The notes below the pieces were generated by a model that saw only the letters and a program-made list of their open reading frames with translations, made no database searches and was not told the DNA's origin. A DNA stretch of 31,387 nt from positions 1-31,387 of the forward strand of contig CAVYAN010000087.1 in assembly GCA_963766075.1 (NCBI GenBank). Direction: 5' to 3'. The first letter of the stretch is position 1. Each line of letters opens with the position of its first letter. This DNA comes from an uncultured cyanobacterium (lineage in GTDB: Bacteria > Cyanobacteriota > Cyanobacteriia > Leptolyngbyales > Leptolyngbyaceae). The translations under genes and the position numbers were made by a program. Shown piece after piece: positions 8,296-17,447 of the stretch.

Positions 8296-9660
8296 TTACC
8301 CCGCTACACAAATACGTTCTAGTGTGGGAATGAAGTCGGGATAAGACACGGCGACGGCTTCGGCCCGGTGAATTGTCGTGGCACCGCTGGCCGTCAGGGC
8401 CGCGATCGCCAAACTCATCGCAATCCGGTGATCCGTAAAACTATCCAGCTCTGCGCCCTGGAGCGTCAGTCCGCCCGTAATTTCCATCCCATCAGGCCGT
8501 TCCACCACCTGTGCACCCATCTGGTTCAACTGCTGCACCATCACCGTAATGCGATCGCTTTCCTTGACCCGCAACTCCGCCGCATCCTGAATCACCGTTG
8601 TGCCCTGGGCAAAAGCCGCCGCCACGGCCAGGATCGGAATTTCATCAATTAATCGCGGGATAATCTCCCCGGCGATCGTGCAAGCCTGCAAAGGTGCGCC
8701 GCCCCCAGTGCGATATTTCACCCGCAGATCGGCCACCGGCTCTCCCGCCACTTCCCGCAGGTTTTCCTGAGTGATGTCTGCACCCATTTGCGCCAGCACT
8801 TCGAGAATGCCTGTACGCGTGGGATTCACGCCGACATTCTCAATGGTCAGATCGGCATCGGGCACAATGGCCCCCGCGACCAGCCAAAACGCTGCTGAAC
8901 TAATGTCACCGGGCACAACCACCGCCTGTCCGGTCAACCGAGTTGGTCCGGTCACGGTGACGCTACAGGTTTCCGGATCTACGGTCAATTCCGCCCCAAA
9001 GGCCCGCAGCATCCGTTCACTGTGATCGCGCGAGAGAGCAGGTTCTGTCACGGTGGTTTGACCCTCCGTCATTAACCCGGCCAGGAGAATACAGGATTTC
9101 ACCTGGGCCGAGGCAATCGGAGACTGGTAATGCATCGGTTTTAGGGCTTGCCCTTTGACTGCGAGCGGGGCCAGGGTATCTTGGTTGCGCCCCCAAATTT
9201 GGGCACCCATCGTGCGGAGAGGCTGAACCACTCGAGACATCGGGCGCGATCGCAGGGATTGATCCCCGGTCACGGTAAAAAAGCGTCCCGCTTGCGAAGC
9301 TAAAATCCCGAGCATCAGTCGCAGGGTGGTGCCGGAATTCCCCGCATTTAGGACATCGAGCGGCTCGCGCAAGTTGCCCATGCCAATGCCCTGAACCCGC
9401 ACCAACTCGGAATTGAGCTCCGAAATCTCCGCCCCCATGGCCTGAAAGCATTGGGCCGTACTGCGCGGATCTTCCCCCAGCAGCAGTCCAGTAATGGTGG
9501 TTTCGCCCTGGGCTAGCGCCCCTAGCATCAGCGATCGATGGGAAATGGACTTATCGCCCGGGACTCGAATCCGCCCTCGGAGCGTCACGCCCAACGAGGA
9601 CGGCGAAATTGTTAACTTTTGTTGCGAACCAACGGCGCTTAATGCGATCACTTTCGGCAT
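8296..9660 (-). CDS. aroA: 3-phosphoshikimate 1-carboxyvinyltransferase (EPSP synthase)
   Basis: [36 protein letters not shown] and DHRIAM motifs. ATG at 9660 preferred over GTG at 9711. Confidence 0.97.
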   Translation of the reverse strand: MPKVIALSAVGSQQKLTISPSSLGVTLRGRIRVPGDKSISHRSLMLGALAQGETTITGLLLGEDPRSTAQCFQAMGAEISELNSELVRVQGIGMGNLREPLDVLNAGNSGTTLRLMLGILASQAGRFFTVTGDQSLRSRPMSRVVQPLRTMGAQIWGRNQDTLAPLAVKGQALKPMHYQSPIASAQVKSCILLAGLMTEGQTTVTEPALSRDHSERMLRAFGAELTVDPETCSVTVTGPTRLTGQAVVVPGDISSAAFWLVAGAIVPDADLTIENVGVNPTRTGILEVLAQMGADITQENLREVAGEPVADLRVKYRTGGGAPLQACTIAGEIIPRLIDEIPILAVAAAFAQGTTVIQDAAELRVKESDRITVMVQQLNQMGAQVVERPDGMEITGGLTLQGAELDSFTDHRIAMSLAIAALTASGATTIHRAEAVAVSYPDFIPTLERICVAG

Positions 9661-9769
9661 TGGATGGGGATCGGATAGACTGACTGCGTTAGCTATCCTA
9701 CCGCGCTCCACGACGAATGCCCCAGCGCTCCACTAATTTACTCGGCTGATTGCCTACGCTAGATTTCTT

Positions 9770-10246
9770 ATGCTAACAGAGCAACGTCGAACGGTTTTGC
9801 TGTCACTCACGTCGCCCAGTTTGGCGATCGCCTGTGAAGTAGAGGCGATCGCCACCCTAGTACAGAATGATGCCACGCATTTCCACCTCCTATTGCCCGA
9901 AGCCGTCGTTCAGGACTTTTGCCCCATCCGAGAATCTGCGGCTCCGCTGCACCACAATGTTCGTCTGCTGTGGCTAGAGCTTTCCCCTTACAAGGTAACC
10001 CTAACCCTGCAAGGCGCAGGCTATTTCAGTTACCGCCATACCTGGTCACGCGGAGTCTACGGCACGAGCCAGTATTGGCTGCGCCGGGATGCCGCCCAGC
10101 TCAACTCTGTGATGCAATTCCGTAATTTCACTCGCACCCTAATTTGGGAACACTATCCCTTGCCTAGCCGGCTTTACATTGATTACGAACTGTGGTCTGG
10201 TCTACAGCAGCTAGGACGGTATGTCCTTAACTTAGAAATCGAGTAA
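9770..10246 (+). CDS. Cyanobacterial hypothetical protein (158 aa)
   Basis: Clean ORF divergent from aroA, with conserved-looking aromatic motifs (LLWLELSP, SYRHTW, RNFTRTL, YELW). Confidence 0.75.
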   Translation: MLTEQRRTVLLSLTSPSLAIACEVEAIATLVQNDATHFHLLLPEAVVQDFCPIRESAAPLHHNVRLLWLELSPYKVTLTLQGAGYFSYRHTWSRGVYGTSQYWLRRDAAQLNSVMQFRNFTRTLIWEHYPLPSRLYIDYELWSGLQQLGRYVLNLEIE

Positions 10247-10443
10247 ACGGCAATATAATCCCAGATACCTTTCGATGCGTATTTGAGCAAATCAATCCGA
10301 AACAACTAGAAAAATGCTTTGAGTAATGGAGTCGCCTGTTGGTAGACACCTTAGGCGCTCACGTCATTGCCCTGGTATTGGCGCAGGTAAAAGAGCTGCG
10401 CCTACCCTGGGGGCTCTAGAACTGGGGGTTCTCCCTTATCGAA

Positions 10444-12483
10444 CTATTCGTCAATCTGGATCATGGGCAGCCAAACCTGAAAGGTGGTTTTTCCCGGTTG
10501 GCTCGTGACCGCAATATAGCCCTGATGCTTTTGAATAATTTTATAGCTGATGTCTAAGCCCAGGCCACTGCCCTCGCCCATGGGCTTTGTGGTGAAGAAG
10601 GGTTCAAAGATGTGGGGCATTACTTCTGGGGGAATACCAGGGCCATTATCGCTAACGCTAATCATGATAAAGTCCCCCGTGCCTTGACCTGACACTGCCG
10701 CAGGGATAGACGTAGGACTGGAGGATCCGTCATCGGAATTGCAACCGGCAGGAAAAGCCCGGGGACACGGTTCAGCGTAACGGGTCGCATGCAGGGTGAG
10801 GCGGCCTTGGGATGGCATGGCTTGGATAGCGTTTTGAATTAGGTTGGTCCATACTTGGCTTAGTTCGTCGGGATAGCACAGAATGGGGGGCAATGGGTCA
10901 TAGTGGCGCTCCACGATGATGCCTTGTTTAAGCTGGTGGGCGTGGAGGGTCAGAACCGTGTCTAGGTGCTCCGGGATATAGGTGAGGACTTTGGAAGACT
11001 CTCCCGGAGTATGGTGGCTGTGACGTTTGACCGCAAAGATAATTTTGGCAGCCTGGGCGGCGGCAATGCCGATGGTGTCGCTATTGCGCTGAAGTTGCTT
11101 AAGGGCAAGGGCAAGGCGCAGAACCTGGGGAGCATTGGAGGCCGTCAGCAGGCGGGCGTAGGGCTGGATATTCTCGGTAATGCCCAAATCGACAAGGGTG
11201 TCGGCCAGGTCGAGGGCATGGGGGAGGGTGTGGAGTTGCTGGGCGATCGCATAGCGCCATTGGCGCTGCTGACGGGAAGTAAATGGCACTGGAGTGCCCG
11301 ATTTTCCCGACTGAATTAAGGCAAAAAAGCACGCAGTTTGGCTTGCATCCAGGGACTGGAGGATCTGTGGCAGTTGGGGCAGGACAAAGGCGAGGGTGTC
11401 GATCAGATTAGTATTGGCAGTCCGAATGGCGGCGAGTGGCGTATTGATGTCGTGAGTAATCTCCACGAGTAACTGTCCTAGGGTGGCCAGTTTGTTCGTG
11501 TTGATTAGGTGCTGCTGAAGCGTGGCCAAGTTGGTCAGGGCCGTATGCAGTTCCTGCTGTTTTTGCTGAAGCTGCTGTCCGGTATCCGTGAGGTGCTGGT
11601 GCAAGGCGGCCTGAGCTTGCTGGGCTTGGACGATCGCCTGCTGGCGGTGGTGGCGATCGCGCTGCTGTAGCCAGAGGCTCAGGCCAAGGGCAATACTGGC
11701 CACCCCGGCAAACGCTGCCTCCATAAAAAGCTGGGGCGCGGGTTGCCACCCCCTCTGCGGTGCGAGTGCCAGCACCCAACTACCGTTTGGCACGGCGATC
11801 GCGCTGGTTACCGGATTCACTAAAGCCACCGGGGAGGACCCCGTAAACACCACCCGCTTCTGAGTTGAGGCGTCCAGGTAGGACAGCTCGTAATCGTATC
11901 CGTTAAAGGTCAGTTTATGCATTTGGGCCGCATGCAACAGCAGATCAAGACGAATCTGCACATTGACCATTCCCCAAAACTGCTGCTGTGCATTGGATGA
12001 CTCCAGAAACACCTGAAAACGTCCAATCCCGCGAATGCTTTCCGGTCGGCTCCGACTGCGTGACTCCAACGGTGTTGGGTAAAGGACAAAGGACTGGAGT
12101 GTGCCCGGGCCACGCCCCATTTGCATTGCCGTCGCCTCATTTCCTTGTCGGGGATAAATTTGTCGGACCCCACCCTGAGGAGCCAGCTCTAGGCAGGTAA
12201 TGCCACCATAGCTGCGGATAATTTCAGCCGCCAACCGATCAAACTGGGCAACGGTGCCTGTGCGCTGCACAATCTCTGCCAGAGGCATAGTGGCCGATAG
12301 GGACCGATATAATTGCTGCTCTAGGATAAAGGCTTGGGTACGGGCCAGGGTCTGGGCAGCTTGATGTTGGCGAAGGGATCGTTGCACTTCCGCTGCATGC
12401 ATTCCCACGCCTGCTAGACAGCACAGGACTAGAGATGCCCCGAGAGGAATCCAAAAATCAGAGGATCGCGGCAGTTTGTGCAT
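10444..12483 (-). CDS. Membrane sensor histidine kinase with CHASE-like extracytoplasmic domain
   Basis: Two TM segments flank a CHASE-like region (LELAPQG..IYP..GNE, FWGMV), followed by a coiled coil, H-box ITHDINTPL, N-box NLIQNA, DNGPGI, FEPFFTTK and GSGLGL. Confidence 0.9.
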   Translation of the reverse strand: MHKLPRSSDFWIPLGASLVLCCLAGVGMHAAEVQRSLRQHQAAQTLARTQAFILEQQLYRSLSATMPLAEIVQRTGTVAQFDRLAAEIIRSYGGITCLELAPQGGVRQIYPRQGNEATAMQMGRGPGTLQSFVLYPTPLESRSRSRPESIRGIGRFQVFLESSNAQQQFWGMVNVQIRLDLLLHAAQMHKLTFNGYDYELSYLDASTQKRVVFTGSSPVALVNPVTSAIAVPNGSWVLALAPQRGWQPAPQLFMEAAFAGVASIALGLSLWLQQRDRHHRQQAIVQAQQAQAALHQHLTDTGQQLQQKQQELHTALTNLATLQQHLINTNKLATLGQLLVEITHDINTPLAAIRTANTNLIDTLAFVLPQLPQILQSLDASQTACFFALIQSGKSGTPVPFTSRQQRQWRYAIAQQLHTLPHALDLADTLVDLGITENIQPYARLLTASNAPQVLRLALALKQLQRNSDTIGIAAAQAAKIIFAVKRHSHHTPGESSKVLTYIPEHLDTVLTLHAHQLKQGIIVERHYDPLPPILCYPDELSQVWTNLIQNAIQAMPSQGRLTLHATRYAEPCPRAFPAGCNSDDGSSSPTSIPAAVSGQGTGDFIMISVSDNGPGIPPEVMPHIFEPFFTTKPMGEGSGLGLDISYKIIQKHQGYIAVTSQPGKTTFQVWLPMIQIDE

Positions 12484-12781
12484 CCCTCAATTATTAGTAG
12501 TGCCAAAGTGATCGGGTTGCCAGAGGAATAGGAGTACCAGAGTGAGCGGGCCAAATGGATCCATTGGAATGAGCTGAAGAGAAGAGGAAAGGAGAGAAGA
12601 ACCAAAAAGAAAAGAGCCAAAGCGCGCCGTAGCGCCTGAATCTTATTAAAACAAAGATACGGGTCGCTTTAAACCGAAATGAAGCCCTCAAGCCAACCCA
12701 TTTGAATCCATCCAAATCAGCAGGAGCCAAATTCAAGCCTGAGGGAAGAAAGGCGAAAGAATCATGCCATAGAAAAAATCC

Positions 12782-13846
12782 TTAAGAAGTCTGCCGCTCC
12801 AGTTGGCGACTGAGGAGAGACATGGCGTAACAAAATATCCAATAAATCAGGCCAATGAACAGGTACACTTCGGCATAGCGGCCCAAAAATTGGGGCTGTG
12901 CCAAGACCGATCGCGCGATCCCCGTCAGCTCAATCAAGGCAAACAGCGACAGCAAGGACGTGTCCTTGAACAACGAGATGAATTGTCCGACAATTGCCGG
13001 AACCACGGCCCGCAACGCCTGGGGTAAGACAATAAAGCCCAGGGTTTGGAGCGTATTCAGGCCCAATGCTTTAGCGGCTTCTACCTGTCCTCGGGGAATC
13101 GATTGCAATCCGCCCCGCACCGTTTCCGCCAAGTAGGCCGCATTGAACAAGACCAGTCCGGCGATCGCCCGCACCAACCGATCCAGCCGCAACTGTCCCG
13201 GCAACACCAACGGTAGCATCACCTGGGCCATAAACAAAATGCCGATCAGCGGCAACCCACGAATAATCTCGATATAGAGCGTAGACAGCCACCGCACCAC
13301 CGGCAAGGCGCTTTGGCGGGCAAGGGCTAGCAACACCCCCAGCGGAAACGCCAACCCAATACTGACCGCCGACACAAACAGCGTCAGCATCAACCCGCCC
13401 CAGAGACTAGTCGGCACAAACCGCAAAATTGGAGCCTTCGTGCGCACAAAGTCACCATTAATCAGCCAGAAAATGCCCAAGGCCGCAGCCGGGAGCACGA
13501 TTAGCAGCAGTCGAGACAGGACTGTTTTGAGTTTTGGGTCTGGCGTCTTGAATTTAATCACCCCCAGCACCAGGCAGCCCACCACCACTGCCAACGCGGT
13601 CCAAATTCGTCCTGCCTGGGCCACGGGATAGCGCCCAATCAAAAACAGGCGCACATTAGCCCCCACAACGGCCCACTCCGCCATCGTGGCCAGCCAATGA
13701 ACCACACTCGTTAGCCCTTGAACCATGAATCCCAGACACACTATCGTCAGCAGTCCGTTCAGCCAAGAATCAAACAAATTCTGCCGCAGCCATTTCAGCG
13801 GCTTGGTAGCGGGCAAGACAGGAGGCAATGGCAAAGGACGTGTCAT
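12782..13846 (-). CDS. Polar amino acid ABC transporter permease (NatH/AapM-like)
   Basis: WLRQNLF, YIEIIRGLPL, AAYLAETVRGGLQSIPRGQVEAAKALG (EAA motif), FISLFKDTSL. Confidence 0.93.
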   Translation of the reverse strand: MTRPLPLPPVLPATKPLKWLRQNLFDSWLNGLLTIVCLGFMVQGLTSVVHWLATMAEWAVVGANVRLFLIGRYPVAQAGRIWTALAVVVGCLVLGVIKFKTPDPKLKTVLSRLLLIVLPAAALGIFWLINGDFVRTKAPILRFVPTSLWGGLMLTLFVSAVSIGLAFPLGVLLALARQSALPVVRWLSTLYIEIIRGLPLIGILFMAQVMLPLVLPGQLRLDRLVRAIAGLVLFNAAYLAETVRGGLQSIPRGQVEAAKALGLNTLQTLGFIVLPQALRAVVPAIVGQFISLFKDTSLLSLFALIELTGIARSVLAQPQFLGRYAEVYLFIGLIYWIFCYAMSLLSRQLERQTS

Positions 13847-14032
13847 GGGGTACCGTTGCGAAGGTAAAGCATGCGAGGGTGAAGCAATAGTACGTCATCT
13901 GAAAAACTACGTCATCTGAAAACCCAAAATCGCTAATCTTTCGCAGAAAAAGTAATGTGCCCATGGCCCACAGTGCAGGCCCCTATCCCCTCTCTGAGCC
14001 GCTTCTCATTCCCCCCGTCTCAACCCCCCGTC

Positions 14033-14959
14033 TTACCGTTCGACCAATTGAATACGCTGGTTGTAGAAATTCAGTAGGCCAGAAATTGCTAAACTCATGG
14101 CTAAATAAGTCGCAGAGATTAAAATCATCACTTCCACCGCCCGCCCCGTTTGGTTAAAGGTGGTCGCCGAAATCGCGTAGAGGTCGGGATAGCCCACGGC
14201 GATCGCCAAACTTGAATTTTTCGCCAAATTCAAATACTGATTGCCCAAGGGAGGCACCATCGCCCGCAGCGCTTGGGGAAAAATCACCCTGCGCATGGTT
14301 TGGGAAGGCGACAGGCCCAGGGCTTGAGCGGCCTCCCACTGCCCTCGGGCCACCGATTGAATTCCCCCCCGCACAATTTCCGCGATGAACGCCGCCGTAT
14401 AGAGGCTCAGGCCCAACAGCAACGCCGCAAACTCTGACGACAAGGTCAAACCGGGCAGCGTCACTCCCCCTTTGCTCAAGACCACCAATCCCCCCAGCGC
14501 CCGCAGGGGAGTATCGGCATCGGGCAGGTTAAAAAATACGGCAAAATACCAGAAAAATAATTGCAACAGCAACGGCAGATTTCGCAGCCCTTCCACATAA
14601 ACCTGGGCCAAGGTCCGGACCAGCCAATTGCGGGACAGGCGCGCAATACCGACCGTAATCCCCACCCCCGTCGCCAAGACAATTCCCGTCACAATCACGC
14701 GCAGCGAATTCACCCAGCCCACGAGTAAGGCCCAACTGTAGCTATTAGAGGGCTTGTAGTCGAGGGGCGTTTCGCCAATATCGAACCCTGCCTGGGAATT
14801 CAAAAACCCAAAACCCAGGGTAATCCCCAACTGACGCAGGTTGCGATTCAGATTGCTTCCCAGGTAGAGAAATGCCGCCATGACGAGGACGATCGCCGCC
14901 GCTTGCCCTAGAAATCGCCAAAATCGAATATCTCGCCACAGAGAAGTTGCTCGCCTCAT
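14033..14959 (-). CDS. Polar amino acid ABC transporter permease (NatG/AapQ-like)
   Basis: AGFDIGE, RNLPLLLQLFFWY, AEIVRGGIQSV..GQWEAAQALG, NLAKNSSLAIAVGYPD. Confidence 0.93.
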   Translation of the reverse strand: MRRATSLWRDIRFWRFLGQAAAIVLVMAAFLYLGSNLNRNLRQLGITLGFGFLNSQAGFDIGETPLDYKPSNSYSWALLVGWVNSLRVIVTGIVLATGVGITVGIARLSRNWLVRTLAQVYVEGLRNLPLLLQLFFWYFAVFFNLPDADTPLRALGGLVVLSKGGVTLPGLTLSSEFAALLLGLSLYTAAFIAEIVRGGIQSVARGQWEAAQALGLSPSQTMRRVIFPQALRAMVPPLGNQYLNLAKNSSLAIAVGYPDLYAISATTFNQTGRAVEVMILISATYLAMSLAISGLLNFYNQRIQLVER

Positions 14960-15234
14960 TGGTTTCCTCTGCCCCTACTACTCTCTCATCGCCCACGGCT
15001 GGCATCATTGCCTGCGATCATGGCACTGCATTACTGTACCGGAATCAGCCCGGAATCCGTACCGGAATCTGAACAATTCATGGGAACCATTTAACTAAAC
15101 TTAATCCCTGCGTTGGCCCCGGCCCCCCGCGATCGCCCGATATCAGTGCCATGCCCCCCCAGCGCCATGAACCCAGTGCCATGAACCCCTTGAGGCCCAA
15201 TCCGAAGCCATCAGACGCCCACTTGCCCATCGCC

Positions 15235-16647
15235 CTAGAGCTTGGGGCTTAAGGGCAGATGCACAGAGAAGATGCTCCCCTTCCCCAATTCGCTTTTAAC
15301 GCTCACCCAGCCCTGGTGAGCCTGTGCGATCGCCTGTGTAATAGCCAGCCCCAATCCCGAGCCGCCGGTATGCCGAGAGCGATCGCGCGTAATCCGGTAG
15401 AACCGATCAAAAATGCGTGCCTGATCGTCTAATGCAATGCCACTCCCCGTATCGTGAACATGAATCACAGCATGGGCCTCGTTCTGTTCCAAGAGAATCA
15501 TAACTTCACCTCCTTTGGGAGTGTATTGAATCGCATTCATCACCAAATTGGCTAACAATCGGTAGAGCTGCTCTTCATTTCCTACAACAATAATTGAATT
15601 ATCTTCGGGAGTATTCGTAACAAGTCTGACGTCGGCAGCGATCGCCAAGGAAAACAATTCCTCCAATAAATCACTGATCAAATCATTAAGACAACACGGA
15701 TGGTGTTGAATCGTCAGCACTCGTAGATCTAAGTGCGATAGTAGAAGTAAATCCTGAACCAACTGAGACAGCCGATAATTCTGTCGATCAATCGTCTGCA
15801 GCGTCGCATGGGCCTGCGCCACAGTAAGCGGCTGGTGGCGTAGCGTTGCTTCTACCGTTGCGCGCATAGCCGCCAACGGCGTCCGCAGTTCATGAGCTGC
15901 ATCCGCCGTAAACTGCTGAATTTGCTGATAAGACTGATAAACCGGACGCATCGCCAGCCCAGCCAACCACCAGCCCGCCCCAGCAATCATCACAATCGCC
16001 AAGGGCAACCCGAGCAGAAAAATTAGCCGCAGCTTGAAGATAAACCGATCAAACTCTTGCAGCGATTTCCCAAGCTGGAGATACCCCCACTCCCCGCCTT
16101 CAGCAGCATCTAAAAGCAGAGAAACCTGACGATAACGCACCGTTTTATCTGTCGTTAAAATTTGCCATATTTTCTTTTTTGAGCATCCCTGAGAACAGGT
16201 GAGTAAGCCATCATCAATGGACCACTGCGGAACTGTGCCGCCTTTGGCCTGCGTGGAGGTGTTTGCGGGCAAAGCCCCGACGGTGCCCACCACTCGTCCC
16301 GATCGATCTAAAAACCGGGCATAGTATCCCTCACTATGCAGTGTTCCCAGGGGGTGCTGTCCGGTATGCTCCGTTTGGTCCATACAGCGTTCTCCCGAGA
16401 GACACACACCGGGCAACAAATTTTGTACAGCGGGAGCAATGTGACCAGACTGATGCAAGTGGGGTTCCAGCCCATCATGCAGCGTCCGGGCCATAGATTC
16501 GAGTTCCCGATCAATCACCTGCCAACGGGTATAGCTGACCAGTTCATATACAGTCAGGCCGCAGGCACTGAGCAGTATCCCCGTGATCCCTGCATACCAA
16601 CACGCCAAGCGCCAGCGTGTTGTTTGAAAAAGGCTATTGTGCCGCAT
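15235..16647 (-). CDS. rppB: Two-component sensor histidine kinase, RppB/NrsS family
   Basis: LFQTTRWRLACWYAG N-terminus, GWWLAGLAMRPVYQSYQQIQQFTADAAHELRTPL H-box, IFDRFYR..RSRHTGGSGLGL; His/Cys-rich sensor loop. Confidence 0.88.
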   Translation of the reverse strand: MRHNSLFQTTRWRLACWYAGITGILLSACGLTVYELVSYTRWQVIDRELESMARTLHDGLEPHLHQSGHIAPAVQNLLPGVCLSGERCMDQTEHTGQHPLGTLHSEGYYARFLDRSGRVVGTVGALPANTSTQAKGGTVPQWSIDDGLLTCSQGCSKKKIWQILTTDKTVRYRQVSLLLDAAEGGEWGYLQLGKSLQEFDRFIFKLRLIFLLGLPLAIVMIAGAGWWLAGLAMRPVYQSYQQIQQFTADAAHELRTPLAAMRATVEATLRHQPLTVAQAHATLQTIDRQNYRLSQLVQDLLLLSHLDLRVLTIQHHPCCLNDLISDLLEELFSLAIAADVRLVTNTPEDNSIIVVGNEEQLYRLLANLVMNAIQYTPKGGEVMILLEQNEAHAVIHVHDTGSGIALDDQARIFDRFYRITRDRSRHTGGSGLGLAITQAIAQAHQGWVSVKSELGKGSIFSVHLPLSPKL

Positions 16648-16701
16648 GGTTCACGGTCCTGCATCGTTCACGGTCTTGCATGATTCACGCGACTGTATTC
16701 C

Positions 16702-17418
16702 TCACGGTTCCGTGCTTACGGGGTCTATAGCGTGGACATTGAGTCGATATCCCAAGCCGTAGAGAGTCTCGATTAAATTAGCATACCCATACTCCGCGAG
16801 CTTACGCCGTAGTAGTCGAACCTGCGCGGCCACAACATTACTCATGGGTTCAGCCTGCACATCCCAGAGTTGATTCATGATCTGATCCCGATTCAAGATT
16901 TGATTGGGGTGTTGCATGAAGTATTCCAAAAGCTGAAATTCCTTGGCACTGAGGACAATCTGTTGCGGCCCGTCTGGAGTCTGTTTGACCAGCATGGATG
17001 TGCCATAGTCCAATGCCAATGGGCCAAGCTGAAGCTGACGCGGTTGAAATTGTGGCGATCGCCGCAGCAATGCCCGCACCCGCGCCAGCAACTCCTCCAT
17101 GCCAAAGGGCTTGATCAAATAATCATCCGCCCCAGCATCCAGTCCGGTCACCCGATCGGTCATCCGATCCTTGGCCGTCAGCATAAGCACCGGCAAGGCA
17201 TTGTGCTGAGCCCGCAACCGCTGGCATAATTCAATCCCCGATAGTCCGGGCAGCATCCAATCAAGCACTGCCAGTTTGTATTGAATGCCGTGATGACTCA
17301 GATAGTCCCAGGCTTGGGTGCCATTCTGCACCCAGTCAACGACATACCGTTCCTGTTGCAACACCTGCTGCACAGCTTCCCCCAAATCCGGCTCATCTTC
17401 CACAAATAGGATGCGCAT
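16702..17418 (-). CDS. rppA: OmpR-family response regulator, RppA/NrsR family
   Basis: MRILFVEDEPDLG, LDWMLPGLSG, GLDAGADDYLIKPF and SNVVAAQVRLLRRKL..IETLYGLGYRL motifs; ATG at 17418. Confidence 0.9.
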   Translation of the reverse strand: MRILFVEDEPDLGEAVQQVLQQERYVVDWVQNGTQAWDYLSHHGIQYKLAVLDWMLPGLSGIELCQRLRAQHNALPVLMLTAKDRMTDRVTGLDAGADDYLIKPFGMEELLARVRALLRRSPQFQPRQLQLGPLALDYGTSMLVKQTPDGPQQIVLSAKEFQLLEYFMQHPNQILNRDQIMNQLWDVQAEPMSNVVAAQVRLLRRKLAEYGYANLIETLYGLGYRLNVHAIDPVSTEP

Positions 17419-17447
17419 GTCAGCCCAGTTCAGCACCAAGAGATCAT

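Noticed and set aside
12429..12736. Small hydrophobic ORFs upstream of the kinase
   Set aside because: They arise from a purine/pyrimidine-biased tract, have weak starts, and one overlaps the kinase start.
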